DNA from: Phycisphaerae bacterium
GTDB lineage: Bacteria; Planctomycetota; Phycisphaerae; UBA1845
DNA: 64,000 bases
Assembly: GCA_963666835.2 (NCBI GenBank)
Contig: CAXXGO010000005.1
Coordinates: forward strand, 128,001-192,000
Direction of reading: 5' to 3'
The position numbers were made by a program, and so were the translations under genes. Shown here one piece after another: positions 9,711 through 19,482 of the stretch (position 1 is its first letter; every line of letters begins with the position of its first letter). The notes beneath the pieces were generated by a model that ran no database searches, was not told the origin of the DNA, and saw only the letters and a program-made list of their open reading frames with translations.

Positions 9711-11254
9711 GCCTCCTCAGCAGAATTTGTGGTGGATTTTCGGTTCGGGTAGTTTGCCAAGTGCGTGATATAGGGCGACTTCCGCGGCCTTTAGCTCTCG
9801 AAAGCCGTAGGCTCTTCTGATGGTCAGTTTGACCTTGTTGTTGAGTCCCTCCACGATCCCGGACGAATACTGCTTTCTCGCCGCAAACCAATTCAAGATC
9901 AGGTTCTCATGAGCACGCAGACTGCGCGCGACTTTCTTAATCGGTTCAAGCCGGCTGCGCATGGCCCGTTGAATCCACCCCTTCAGAAATCGTCCTGCCC
10001 AGTGGTATGACTCGTAATCCCAGAGCGCCTGGAAGCTGTTCTTGAGCAGGTAGGCCCGGATGCTCTTGAGGTTGTATCGCATCAGTTCGCTGAGCTTGGC
10101 TCCCTGTTTGTTCGTCAGGTTCGCGGGACGCTTCAGCAGGCACCACCGGCTGTGCTTCAGCACCGGGTCGAAACCTTCGCGTGCCAGTTCCTTCGCCTCG
10201 GCCGCCCGGACCTCGTCAACCGCCTTGTTCAGCCTGGCCACGATGTGGAACCGATCCAGAATGTGAATCGCGTCGGGGATCTTCTTCCGGATCACGCGCA
10301 GGTAGGGCTGCCACATATCGCTGCAGACGTAACGGATTCCGGCTGATCGCGGCTTGCCCATCATGCGAAAGAAACGCAGGAAGCTCTTGGCGGTGCGATC
10401 CTGCCCGATCCACAGCAGACGCCGGCACGAGTTCTCAACCTGGTAGACCAACGTCAGATACCGATGTCCTTTTTGGAACTGAATCTCATCGACGCCGATG
10501 GCGGCGACGTTGTCCAAATCCCGGTGTTTCAGGCCGTATTCGACGACCCAGGCAACCGAGCGGTAGACCGTGTCCCAGCTGGTCTTGAACACCGTGGCCA
10601 CCTCTTTCCAACTCAGGCGGCGCGCCCACCGAGCGAGGAACAGCGCGTGAGCGTTGGTGATTCGCTTCTTACCGTCCGCCCAAGGCAACAGTTCGACCTT
10701 CACGCCGCAATCCTCGCACTTGACGCGGCGGGGTGCGTAGAGCATCACAACCGGCAAGGCCCACAGCGGAATGAACGAGAACGATCGTCTCGGCATTCGG
10801 TCGTAGGCCTTGCCTCGGCGGCCGCAACCCGAGCAGAACGGACGGCTGCCGCGTCGCGGCCGGATTTCGACTTCCAGCGTCATGGGATCCGAATCACGGA
10901 ATCGAACGTCTCCGTAGACGAAGCCCTTGACTTTGTGGACGCGATTGAGGATGGTCTTCACTTGCATCGTTCGTTTTCTCCGGGTTGATGTCTTCGCAAA
11001 CACCAATTTACCGGATTCTCGAACGATGCACTTCTTTTGTCCCGGACACAAGCCGGCCTCTGCCCGTTCCATCACGTAAACCAAACGCTGCCTCCAGGCC
11101 CCTGTAGCTCCGTCACCCTCGGCGTCGGTCTCACCCGACTAGGGCCGACGCCGAGGGGGACGGTGCGGAAGGGGCCGCCCCGGACAGCTCCCGAGCCGGA
11201 GGCCGAGGATTACCTCAACCTATGAAATCCTTCCACAGATTCGGCGGAAGAACC
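9711..11254 (-). mobile_element. ISL3-family insertion sequence (1544 bp)
   Basis: Imperfect IRs (16/22) GCCTCCTCAGCAGAATTTGTGG / GGTTCTTCCGCCGAATCTGTGG; 8-bp TSD ATAATAAT at 9703-9710 and 11255-11262. Confidence 0.92.
9717..10967 (-). CDS. ISL3-family transposase
   Basis: CSGCG Zn finger, IGVDE, CSDMWQPY, LDRFHIV, SGIVEGLNNKVK..RRAYGFR. Confidence 0.95.
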   Translation of the reverse strand: MQVKTILNRVHKVKGFVYGDVRFRDSDPMTLEVEIRPRRGSRPFCSGCGRRGKAYDRMPRRSFSFIPLWALPVVMLYAPRRVKCEDCGVKVELLPWADGKKRITNAHALFLARWARRLSWKEVATVFKTSWDTVYRSVAWVVEYGLKHRDLDNVAAIGVDEIQFQKGHRYLTLVYQVENSCRRLLWIGQDRTAKSFLRFFRMMGKPRSAGIRYVCSDMWQPYLRVIRKKIPDAIHILDRFHIVARLNKAVDEVRAAEAKELAREGFDPVLKHSRWCLLKRPANLTNKQGAKLSELMRYNLKSIRAYLLKNSFQALWDYESYHWAGRFLKGWIQRAMRSRLEPIKKVARSLRAHENLILNWFAARKQYSSGIVEGLNNKVKLTIRRAYGFRELKAAEVALYHALGKLPEPKIHHKFC

Positions 11255-11270
11255 ATAATAATGAAAGTGA

Positions 11271-11855
11271 TCATTGCGATGCGCATAGGGAGAGCTCCGC
11301 CATATAGAGCTGAATAACCTCAAACTGGATGTGCTCAAGCGCTGGGCTGAGTGCAAACTCGCTGGCTATACTCCGCTGGACCTCGTCGGAGTAGCGCGCC
11401 TGAGTTGTGACGATGGTCAGTTTTCCCACGGCATCCGATTCAATCAGGCATGCGCGAACGTGAGAGGCGAGGTTCTCGGTGCAGGTGACGCATATCTCAA
11501 AGGCGTGCACCTGCCCATCGGTGAGCCAGGCAGCATCCACCTGGTGCGACGTTCCGGGCATGATCCACTCGGTTTCGGCCTTATGCCCACGGCGCACACC
11601 AGCCTCTCGGATCGAGGCTGCGAAGTGCCGGTGAGCGATCCCGCCCCGACCCGTGCGGGAGGGCGGCGTTTGGCCGAGCGATTGCCATCCCTCTGGAGTT
11701 GGCTCGATCAGCAGCACGTTCGTGCGAGTGATGCGGACTTGCTCAAAGGTGGCCAACTTGGCGCTCTCGAGTTCCTCCCGGGTGGCCTGCTGGGCCGCCG
11801 GCGGCACCTTACCGATTGCCTGCCATATACGCAGACCATTCAAAGCGTAGCACAT
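11271..11855 (-). CDS. Hypothetical protein, probably a 5'-truncated island relic with a possible PD-(D/E)xK-like domain
   Basis: GRGGIAH, E.EW..HQVDAAW...AFEIC pattern; no convincing start. Confidence 0.35.
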   Translation of the reverse strand: MCYALNGLRIWQAIGKVPPAAQQATREELESAKLATFEQVRITRTNVLLIEPTPEGWQSLGQTPPSRTGRGGIAHRHFAASIREAGVRRGHKAETEWIMPGTSHQVDAAWLTDGQVHAFEICVTCTENLASHVRACLIESDAVGKLTIVTTQARYSDEVQRSIASEFALSPALEHIQFEVIQLYMAELSLCASQ

Positions 11856-12313
11856 GCACTAGGCGTGGACCCTGGCGCGTTTGCCCCGTCCTTCGAGGCC
11901 CGCGAATCACGCGTTGCAGCCTCATCGGCCAAGTCAAGCGTAAGGTCACTGCTGCGAGACGACGCGTTGAGCGGCCTTCACTCCGTTCCGGGCGTCTCCC
12001 GCACTGATGCGCTCCGTGGAGACCACCCCACACCTCGGTTCGCGTTCTCGACACAGAGACCGTGGGATGACGTTCTCGGGAGCCACAGCGACTTCACGAC
12101 GCCCGCGATCTCGATTCGCTGGCCAGCCCCGATAATCAGGGCATTCTCGGCCCGGCCGGTCAAGGCGGAGTTCTCAGATGGCACCCCTGAGCACGACGCC
12201 TTCTCGTAACCACCTCGGCAGATCATGCCGATACACCTTGTGTAACGGGAGTAGTAAGACTACAATAACCTTGGATTTTGGGAGCACGGGTGCCGATTGG
12301 GAGGCCTTAAGCA

Positions 12314-13621
12314 ATGAAGCGTGCCATAAGCGAGCAGCTCCTGGCGTGGAAGAACCGGCCCCGGCGCAAGCCGCTGATTCTCCGCGGGGCTCGGCAGGTC
12401 GGCAAGACCTGGTCCGTCATGGACTTCGGCCGGCACCACTTCGAGGGTACGGTTCACCTGGTCGATCTGGAGAAACGGCCAGACTACCACCGCATCTTCG
12501 AGGCAGACCTCGAATCGAAGCGAATCCTCTCGGAACTCGAAGTCCTGCTAAACGCGCGGATCGTTCCCGGCAAGGACCTACTGTTCTTTGATGAGATCCA
12601 AAGTTGCCCGCGAGCGATCAGAGCCCTGCGCTATTTCTACGAGGACTGTCCCGAGCTTCATGTGATCGCGGCCGGTTCACTGCTTGAGTTCGCTATGCAG
12701 GATCTGTCGTTCCCGGTTGGCCGCGTGCAATTCATGAACATGGTCCCGATGAGCTTCCCGGAATACTTGTTCGCGATGGGCAAGAACGTCGCCGCAGAGA
12801 CAGTCCTTGCCGAGCCGAAGCCGCAGCCTGAAGCGGTTCATCGCATGTTGCTGGGTGAGTTGCGTTGTTACTTGTTCGTCGGTGGGATGCCGGAATGCGT
12901 CAAGGCCTACGCGGATACGAACAGCATGCATGATGCGTTCGATGTACAGGCGGAACTCGCCAACGCCTACCGTCAAGACTTCTCGAAGTACGCACCACAT
13001 GCGGACAAGCAATGCCTGAACGCGGTGTTTTCTTCGGCAGCCAGATCGGTTGGTCAGCAGATCAAGTATTCACGTTTGGCAGAGGACTATACGCACAAGA
13101 CGATCAAGAAGGCATTCGATTTGCTGTGCCTTGCTCAGGTGATGCGTAGGGTGCCCGCTGCAACGCCGGCTGGTTTGCCGTTGGGCGCGTCAGCTTCTGC
13201 CCGCAGATTCAAGGCGTTGATGGTGGATGTCGGTCTGATGCAGCACCTATGCGGCATGCCAGTAGACATCGAATACGCCAAGACGGACTTGCTTGAAATC
13301 CACGCCGGTGCGATGGCGGAACAGTTCGTTGGGCAAGAGCTCCTCGCCGCCGGCCAGGAGCTTCACTACTGGGCACGAAGTGCCAAGAGCAGCACGGCCG
13401 AGGTGGATTTCTTGATAGTGACCCATGATGCAATCTGCCCAATCGAGGTTAAGAGCGGCGCGTCTGGCCGACTGCGGAGTCTGCATATGCTGCTTGAAGC
13501 CTATGAGAACTGCCCGCGCGGGTATGTGTTTTCCACAGCCAGATACTCGGAATTGCCTGAGCAGAAGCTCGTCTTCCTGCCGTTGTATCATGCGTTCAGC
13601 GTTGGGCTGCCCAGCCGGTGA
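12314..13621 (+). CDS. AAA+ ATPase (AAA_14) with DUF4143 C-terminal domain
   Basis: GARQVGKT, LLFFDEIQ, AAGSLL, GGMPE, AEVDF..PIEVKSG. Confidence 0.92.
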   Translation: MKRAISEQLLAWKNRPRRKPLILRGARQVGKTWSVMDFGRHHFEGTVHLVDLEKRPDYHRIFEADLESKRILSELEVLLNARIVPGKDLLFFDEIQSCPRAIRALRYFYEDCPELHVIAAGSLLEFAMQDLSFPVGRVQFMNMVPMSFPEYLFAMGKNVAAETVLAEPKPQPEAVHRMLLGELRCYLFVGGMPECVKAYADTNSMHDAFDVQAELANAYRQDFSKYAPHADKQCLNAVFSSAARSVGQQIKYSRLAEDYTHKTIKKAFDLLCLAQVMRRVPAATPAGLPLGASASARRFKALMVDVGLMQHLCGMPVDIEYAKTDLLEIHAGAMAEQFVGQELLAAGQELHYWARSAKSSTAEVDFLIVTHDAICPIEVKSGASGRLRSLHMLLEAYENCPRGYVFSTARYSELPEQKLVFLPLYHAFSVGLPSR

Positions 13622-13843
13622 TTTCGACCGGGAAAAGAGAATGGTGTGCGAGGCCTGCCCATGGGAAACGACGGGCCCGCTCATAACACATTCGAGGAGT
13701 TCGTGCATATCTTGCGGATACCCCTCTTTCGAGCACCACCGACCGAATGCCGCTTTCTGTGCAACGTGCGGGCGATCGCTTGGCAGCGCATAGGCAGCAC
13801 GCGATGCGAGTGAAGCCGTCCGCCGCGCCGTCAGGAGGAAACG

Positions 13844-14275
13844 ATGGCGTTCGGAGCCGTCCAACGTTACGATACTGAGAACCGAGCAAACAGTGGGCTC
13901 AAGGACAAGGATCTACGCCTTGTCCCGCTACCCGCCCAGGCAGTGAACGTGCTCACCGAGCTCCAGCTTGCGGCAGCCGATGGGCAGCAGTACGTCGTCG
14001 TCAACGGCAACGGACCGGACGCCGGCGATCGCGTGAAGCGTCAGAACATCACCCGCGACTTCCGCGTAATCTGCCGTCGAGGTGGAGTGCCACGATGTAA
14101 GTTCCACGACCTGCGTAAGAGCTACTGCACTAACATCGCCCAGGTGACACCGCTGCACGTTGTCCAACAGCTTGCCGGGCACGCGGACATCCGCACGACG
14201 CAGAAGCACTACCTTCAGGTGCAGCCGGAACTCATTGATGCGGCGCGCCACGCGGTTGAGGAGGTGCTCAAATGA
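13844..14275 (+). pseudogene. Tyrosine integrase C-terminal fragment
   Basis: FHDLRKS and LAGHADIRTTQKHY catalytic boxes; N-terminus absent; next to the tRNA 3' end. Confidence 0.85.
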
Positions 14276-14405
14276 GCGGGCGAATCCTCACTGACCCACT
14301 TCTGACCCACTCTCTCGAAAACGCGGTTTTTCTCGGACCTTGGCGAGAGACGCATGAAAAAGGCATGAGTCATAAACCCATGCCTAGTAACGGTTTAGCT
14401 TTGAA

Positions 14406-14477
<72 letters not shown>

Positions 14478-14729
14478 AAATGCGGTTTACCGCTGCGTTT
14501 TGGTTGAACCGGGGCGACGGGGCGTCCGGCATTAACCGGATGCACTGCGCCGCCGCGTTCACCTCTTGCACCACAAAGTACTGATTCGGCGATGGAAATC
14601 AAGCCTCAAGACCTGGAAACTCAAGCGACACCCCGCCGCTTCCGCCGCACGCGGGCCACTATCGCGTGTGCAGACTCGGCGATCGTCAGACGCGTCGCGC
14701 GCAGTTCTGCCGGACGCAGGCGCGTTCAC

Positions 14730-16397
14730 TCAGGAAGCCGCTTCGACCTTCTCCAGCACATTACGAACCTTACGCAGCAATCCCTGTCGGGTGAAAGGCT
14801 TCTCGAGAAACTCGACGCCCTCCTCCAGCACGCCGTGGTGGGCAATGACATCGGAGGCATAGCCGGAGATAAACAACGTCCGCAAGCCGGGACGCACGAC
14901 ACCTACACGGTCGGACAGCATCCGCCCGTTCATGTCCGGCACAATCACGTCGGTGATTAGCAGATCAAGCGTACCGACGTGGGCGTCGACCGCCGCGAGT
15001 GCCTCCTCTGCACGGCCGGCCGTGATCACCTGGTACCCGCCCGCCCGCAGCGTCTCGGCGATCAGTTCCCGTACAGGATCGTCGTCTTCACACAGCAGAA
15101 TGGTCTCGTGACCGCCCGGAGTGGCAATCGGCTGCTGTGCCGGCGCTTCGTCGGCCGGCGCCTGGTCGATCGCCGGCAAATAGATCTTGAACGTCGTGCC
15201 CTGCCCAGGTTCGCTCTCGACCATGATATGTCCGCCGGACTGCTTCACGATACCGTGTACGGTAGAGAGCCCCAATCCGGTGCCCTTGTCCGTAGGCTTC
15301 GTTGTGAAGAAAGGCTCGAAGATCCTCTCGCGTGTCGCCGCATCCATTCCGTGCCCGGTGTCACTGACGGCCAGCAGCACATGAGGGCCCGTCTGAGCTT
15401 CGACGTCGCTACGCGTGCATTCCTCGTCGAGTATCACGTTCCGCGTCTCGAGCGTCAGCCGGCCGCCGTTTGGCATCGCATGCACTGCGTTGACGACCAG
15501 ATTGACGACCACCTGCTCGATGCGGCCGGCATCCGCCCGTATCGAGCGCAACTGAGGGTCGGCCACAAGGTTGAACTCGATGTCCTCACTGATCAGTCGC
15601 CGCAGCATCTTATCCAGACCTGTCAAAGTGCTGTTCAGGCTGAGCACTCGAGGCTGCGTGACATCCCGGTGGCTAAAGGCCAGCAATTGCCTGGTAAGCG
15701 CGGACGCCCGCCGGGCGGCTTCATCGATCTGTTCCATCGAATGCACGACGTTGTGCTCGGCGCCCAAAGCGTTCCGAACCTTCTCGACGCTCAACTGGAT
15801 GTTGCCTATGATCACCGTGAGAATGTTGTTGAAGTCGTGCGCGACGCCGCCGGCCAGTTGCCCCACGGCCTCCAGCTTCTGCGCTTGACGAAGCTGGGCC
15901 TCTAATCCCCGTCGTTCGGCCTCGGCTTGCTTACGGGCGGTGATGTCGACACAGACACCTGTCATGCGGCTCGGCCGGCCCTGCGGATTGACAAACGTCA
16001 TTCCGCGAATCTCGATCCAACCGCGTTCGCCGTCGCCGCGGACGATCTCGTGTTCGTAGTTGATCACGGCTGACTCGTTCGCATCGGACAGGAACTGCTC
16101 AACAAACGCGTCCACCTCTACGCGACGTTCCGGCGCAACGAAACCCAAGTAATCCTTGTACGTTCCGCCGAAGTCCTCTGCGGACACTCCGAAGATCCTC
16201 AGCGTCTCCGGCGACCACATAACTTGATGCCGCTCGATGTCCCACTCCCAGGTTCCCATGCGCGACGCTTGCATGGCTAGCCGCAATCGTTCGGTGCTCT
16301 CTTTCAGAGTCTTTTCGGCCGACTTGAGTTCGGTGATGTCGTACCCCTCCGCAATAATGGCTCGGACACCGCCGTCCGGATCACGCATAGGACGCAT
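14730..16397 (-). CDS. PAS-HisKA-HATPase-REC hybrid sensor kinase (5'-truncated)
   Basis: QAQKLEAVGQLAGGVAHDFNN, NLVVNA, GTGLGL, C-terminal receiver. The frame begins inside a PAS domain. Confidence 0.88.
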   Translation of the reverse strand: MRPMRDPDGGVRAIIAEGYDITELKSAEKTLKESTERLRLAMQASRMGTWEWDIERHQVMWSPETLRIFGVSAEDFGGTYKDYLGFVAPERRVEVDAFVEQFLSDANESAVINYEHEIVRGDGERGWIEIRGMTFVNPQGRPSRMTGVCVDITARKQAEAERRGLEAQLRQAQKLEAVGQLAGGVAHDFNNILTVIIGNIQLSVEKVRNALGAEHNVVHSMEQIDEAARRASALTRQLLAFSHRDVTQPRVLSLNSTLTGLDKMLRRLISEDIEFNLVADPQLRSIRADAGRIEQVVVNLVVNAVHAMPNGGRLTLETRNVILDEECTRSDVEAQTGPHVLLAVSDTGHGMDAATRERIFEPFFTTKPTDKGTGLGLSTVHGIVKQSGGHIMVESEPGQGTTFKIYLPAIDQAPADEAPAQQPIATPGGHETILLCEDDDPVRELIAETLRAGGYQVITAGRAEEALAAVDAHVGTLDLLITDVIVPDMNGRMLSDRVGVVRPGLRTLFISGYASDVIAHHGVLEEGVEFLEKPFTRQGLLRKVRNVLEKVEAAS

Positions 16398-16727
16398 CGA
16401 AAAGTCAAAGGTGTGAATCTGATCGTTCGTGTCGGGGTGCGTTGCTTCGAAACGTACGAACTCGCCGGCCGCCGTGCGTTCGACCTCTGAGGTTGGGACG
16501 CGGGGGGATTAGCGTTTCGGTTTGCGGCGGTTTCGGCGGCGGTCGGCGTGGCGGGTCTCCTGCCTGCGGGATTACCCGTTGTCGGATTCCCCGGCAATCC
16601 AACCGCGTGAATCAATACCCGCCCCAGATAGCCGAGCAGTCGAGAATGGCACTGGTGGGCGTTTGCGTCCCCGTCGTGGCTTGCCGGAACTGCCGGAATG
16701 GGCCATACTGGCCCGGGATCGACGTTC

Positions 16728-16800
16728 GCCACCGTAGCTCAGTTGGCAGAGCAGCGGTTTTGTAAACCGCAGGTCAACGGTTCGAGTCCGTTCGGTGGCT
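16728..16800 (+). tRNA. tRNA-Thr(TGT)
   Basis: GCCACCGTAGCTCAGTTGGCAGAGCAGCGGTTTTGTAAACCGC...GGTTCGAGTCC..CGGTGGCT. Confidence 0.95.
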
Positions 16801-17084
16801 TTGTAAACCATTGTAGCATCAAGAGTTATGATACCCAGGGCAAGCCGCTGATTACTGTGCGCTGAGTATGCATGATTCATCCACCCGGCTTGTTCTCTGC
16901 TGCTGCGCCGTCAAACCCCCAGAATCGCCCCGCAGTCATCTTTGCGGCTCGTTTCCGGCCGCGCCCATCGATTTAACGGGCGAGCGGTTCCCCCCCTTCA
17001 CCTGCGGTTACTTCGGCTCCGTCGGGTGGCCTCGGCTTTGCGGAATCCGGCGCCGAGCCCCACACCGATTCGCGTGCCCGCGCT

Positions 17085-17951
17085 TCAGTCATCAGATGAC
17101 CGGTCCTGCGCGGCGCCGGTCATCGGTACGAATCGCACAGGTATCAGCTCCTCGCGGTGCGGAGTGCCCATATCATCCTTCGTGACAACGATGAGTCTCT
17201 GTACGGCGTGCGCACCGCCCACGGGTATGCACATGCGTCCGCCCGGCTTCAGTTGCTCGATTAGCTTGGGTGGAATGCGATCCGGCGCGCACGTCACGAT
17301 GATGGCATCAAACGGAGCATGCTCGGGCCAGCCCGCGTACCCATCACCGATCCGAACTCGAATACCCTCGTAACCGTGCCGCTCGAACGTGGCAAGCGCC
17401 CGGCGGGCCAGCGGCTCGACGATCTCGATCGTGAATACATGCGGCGTTATCTCAGACAGCACGGCCGCCTGATAACCCGAGCCGGTGCCGATCTCCAGCA
17501 CTTTCGAATCCGGCGTAACATGCAACGCCTCCGTCATCAACGCCACAATGTAAGGCTGCGAGATCGTCTGCCCTTCGCCAATCGGCAAAGGGCGATCGGC
17601 GTACGCGAGACGTTGCCAGTCATCCGGCACGAACCAATGACGCGGAACGGTCCGCATGGCCGCCAGGACGCGCGGGTCGTCAATGCCGCGAGCTTCGATC
17701 TGCCGATCGACCATCTCCTGTCGCTCGGCCGCGTACTCATCCGGCTGCTTCTTCCGGACGGCGTCGTTGCCTTGCGCCGAGGGTGCCGCCGGCAGTTTCT
17801 GCTCCCGTGCCAGACCGGAACTTCGTCCACCGGGCGGGTCGTTCTGTTCGCAGGCGGGAATCAGCCCCAAGCCGAAGGCCATGACGAGAAGCACCGGGGC
17901 GGCCGGGGCAGTATCGCAACGAGCACGAGATGACGTGAATAGAGTCAACAT
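17085..17951 (-). CDS. pcm: Protein-L-isoaspartate O-methyltransferase with N-terminal lipoprotein-like extension
   Basis: AYADRPLPIGEGQTISQPY, VLEIGTGSGYQAA, GDGYAGWPEHAPFDAI, VRFVPM. Confidence 0.92.
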   Translation of the reverse strand: MLTLFTSSRARCDTAPAAPVLLVMAFGLGLIPACEQNDPPGGRSSGLAREQKLPAAPSAQGNDAVRKKQPDEYAAERQEMVDRQIEARGIDDPRVLAAMRTVPRHWFVPDDWQRLAYADRPLPIGEGQTISQPYIVALMTEALHVTPDSKVLEIGTGSGYQAAVLSEITPHVFTIEIVEPLARRALATFERHGYEGIRVRIGDGYAGWPEHAPFDAIIVTCAPDRIPPKLIEQLKPGGRMCIPVGGAHAVQRLIVVTKDDMGTPHREELIPVRFVPMTGAAQDRSSDD

Positions 17952-17984
17952 GATGAGCTACATTGTCACCGTCCGTCACGTTTT

Positions 17985-18186
17985 CGGCAACGCGGGTCAG
18001 CCGGCCCGACGCGTCAAAGTTCCACGTCCGCCCCACACCGTTCGAGCCCGACACGAACGAAGACCGAGTGGAATCAAGTTCCCCCCGATCCGCAGTGACC
18101 CGCCGGTTTAGCCGGTCGTAGCGGTAGAGGTAAGATCGATCATCGTGCCCGGCCTGCGCGACCTCGGTGTAGGTACGGTTGCCGGC
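17985..18186 (-). pseudogene. Rhs core relic
   Basis: AGNRTYTEVAQAGHDDRSYLYRYDRLNRRVTADRGELDSTRSSFVSGSNGVGRTWNFD aligns with the starts of both Rhs modules. Confidence 0.8.
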
Positions 18187-18320
18187 CGTGCTCTCCCGGA
18201 AACCGTTAACCGTTTCAGCCTACCCACGCTGGGTATAGTCGAACGCCAAAATGCCAACCACAGTGTCCGGGACTCCGTCCATGTACCCCTGAACCCGGTA
18301 CCGGAGGAGCGACGCGGCCG

Positions 18321-18473
18321 TAATCCGTATGGTGTCCCCGGAATTCCCGTATGGTGTCCCCCGAATTCCCCCCAAATTCCCACCCCCGAATTCCCAGCGA
18401 AATCAATCTGGTGTTCCCCGAATCGTCGCGAGACGCTAGTCGGCGGAAATCAGTGATGTCCCCTGTTCTCCCC
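18321..18473 (-). repeat. GAATTC(G/C)GGGGACACCATACGG units plus the ~73-bp element also found at 3373-3445
   Basis: Direct reverse-complement comparison with 3249-3445. Confidence 0.8.
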
Positions 18474-19482
18474 CTGCTTTGAGTACGCCCGCCAGCGCTA
18501 CAGAAAGAACGGCCGGGCGGCCTGTGGGATCGACAATATCAAGGATGCCATCCGACCGCTGTACGAGCTGTAGAGAGCCGAAGAGCCCGGCGGGTTTGGC
18601 CCGGCAGGCTTGGAAGCCGGGCGGTCTTTGTCAGCCCGCGGGTACAACGGTTTCGTCAGCCGTTTCTACGTAATCCCGCGGCCCTTCTTTGGCGGGTCTC
18701 GTTCCGCGGCGCGGCTGGACAAGAACGTCCCGGGCACGGTATTGGTCAGAGTCAGCGGTCTTATCGAGGCGGTGCGATCTTGAGGTTACCAAATGCTCGT
18801 CAACGGTGGCAAGGCGGTCGTGAGCGCTCAGGCCGGCAGTAGGGGGGCTTGCTACGGTCGGCGATGTTGCTCTCGTTTATCGATTCCGATTGCAGGGTGC
18901 ATGGAATGTGAGATGGGGACTATCGTGCAGAAGACGGCGGCGGGTTGTCCGGGCTTTGGGGGCGGGGTATAATCTACAGGATCGGCGGTGGGTGAGTGGA
19001 GACTCTTCCCCTTCCGGAGCGACTTGTCCACCGCGGGTTCCTTTTGTGTCAGCTCAGTGTCAGCAAGTTTCGGGGTGAATCGGCATAATGTGCCGGGCTC
19101 TCGGCACCCCACGTGCATTCTGCGCGTGCTCAGCAGCCGGGTGGACTACCTTGTCTTAACGAGCATTCCAGGCGTATCGGCGCCGATGATATCCAGCGGT
19201 TTGTCCGGGGAAGATGCTTCGAAAGGGGCGACCACCAGGTAATACGCCGCCCAACGAGGTTGGGACGACAGCCGTTGAATCCCGAGGTGTCATTCAGTAT
19301 CATTATGGTTCCTGAACGGGGCGCGGCAGTGTCTTAGCGGTGGCGCTGCTCATGGAGCGGGATGCGAAGGAAGGACTATACGGTCGGCGGTGTGCTACGT
19401 CGGCGGTCCGGTGTCGGCGGGGGGGCAGTCGAGCGAAGTGCGGAGCGTTAACGACCTGAAGACTATATCGGAGGGCGGATAC

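Larger units (their letters stand above)
9528..11286 (-). pseudogene. 68-aa membrane protein gene split by ISL3
   Basis: The empty site restores MRIAMITFIIIIAAALIGQIRG...LVLIVITAWGIKRLGRRGKR*. Confidence 0.6.

Noticed and set aside
11331..12209. 292-aa plus-strand ORF and other long antisense ORFs (e.g. 19303-20400, 28325-29467)
   Set aside because: Shadow ORFs typical of GC-rich DNA, opposite better-supported genes, with no recognisable motifs.
14373..14397. Chromosomal dif site
   Set aside because: TAA/TTA spacing is 19 rather than 6 nt, and the motif occurs several times.
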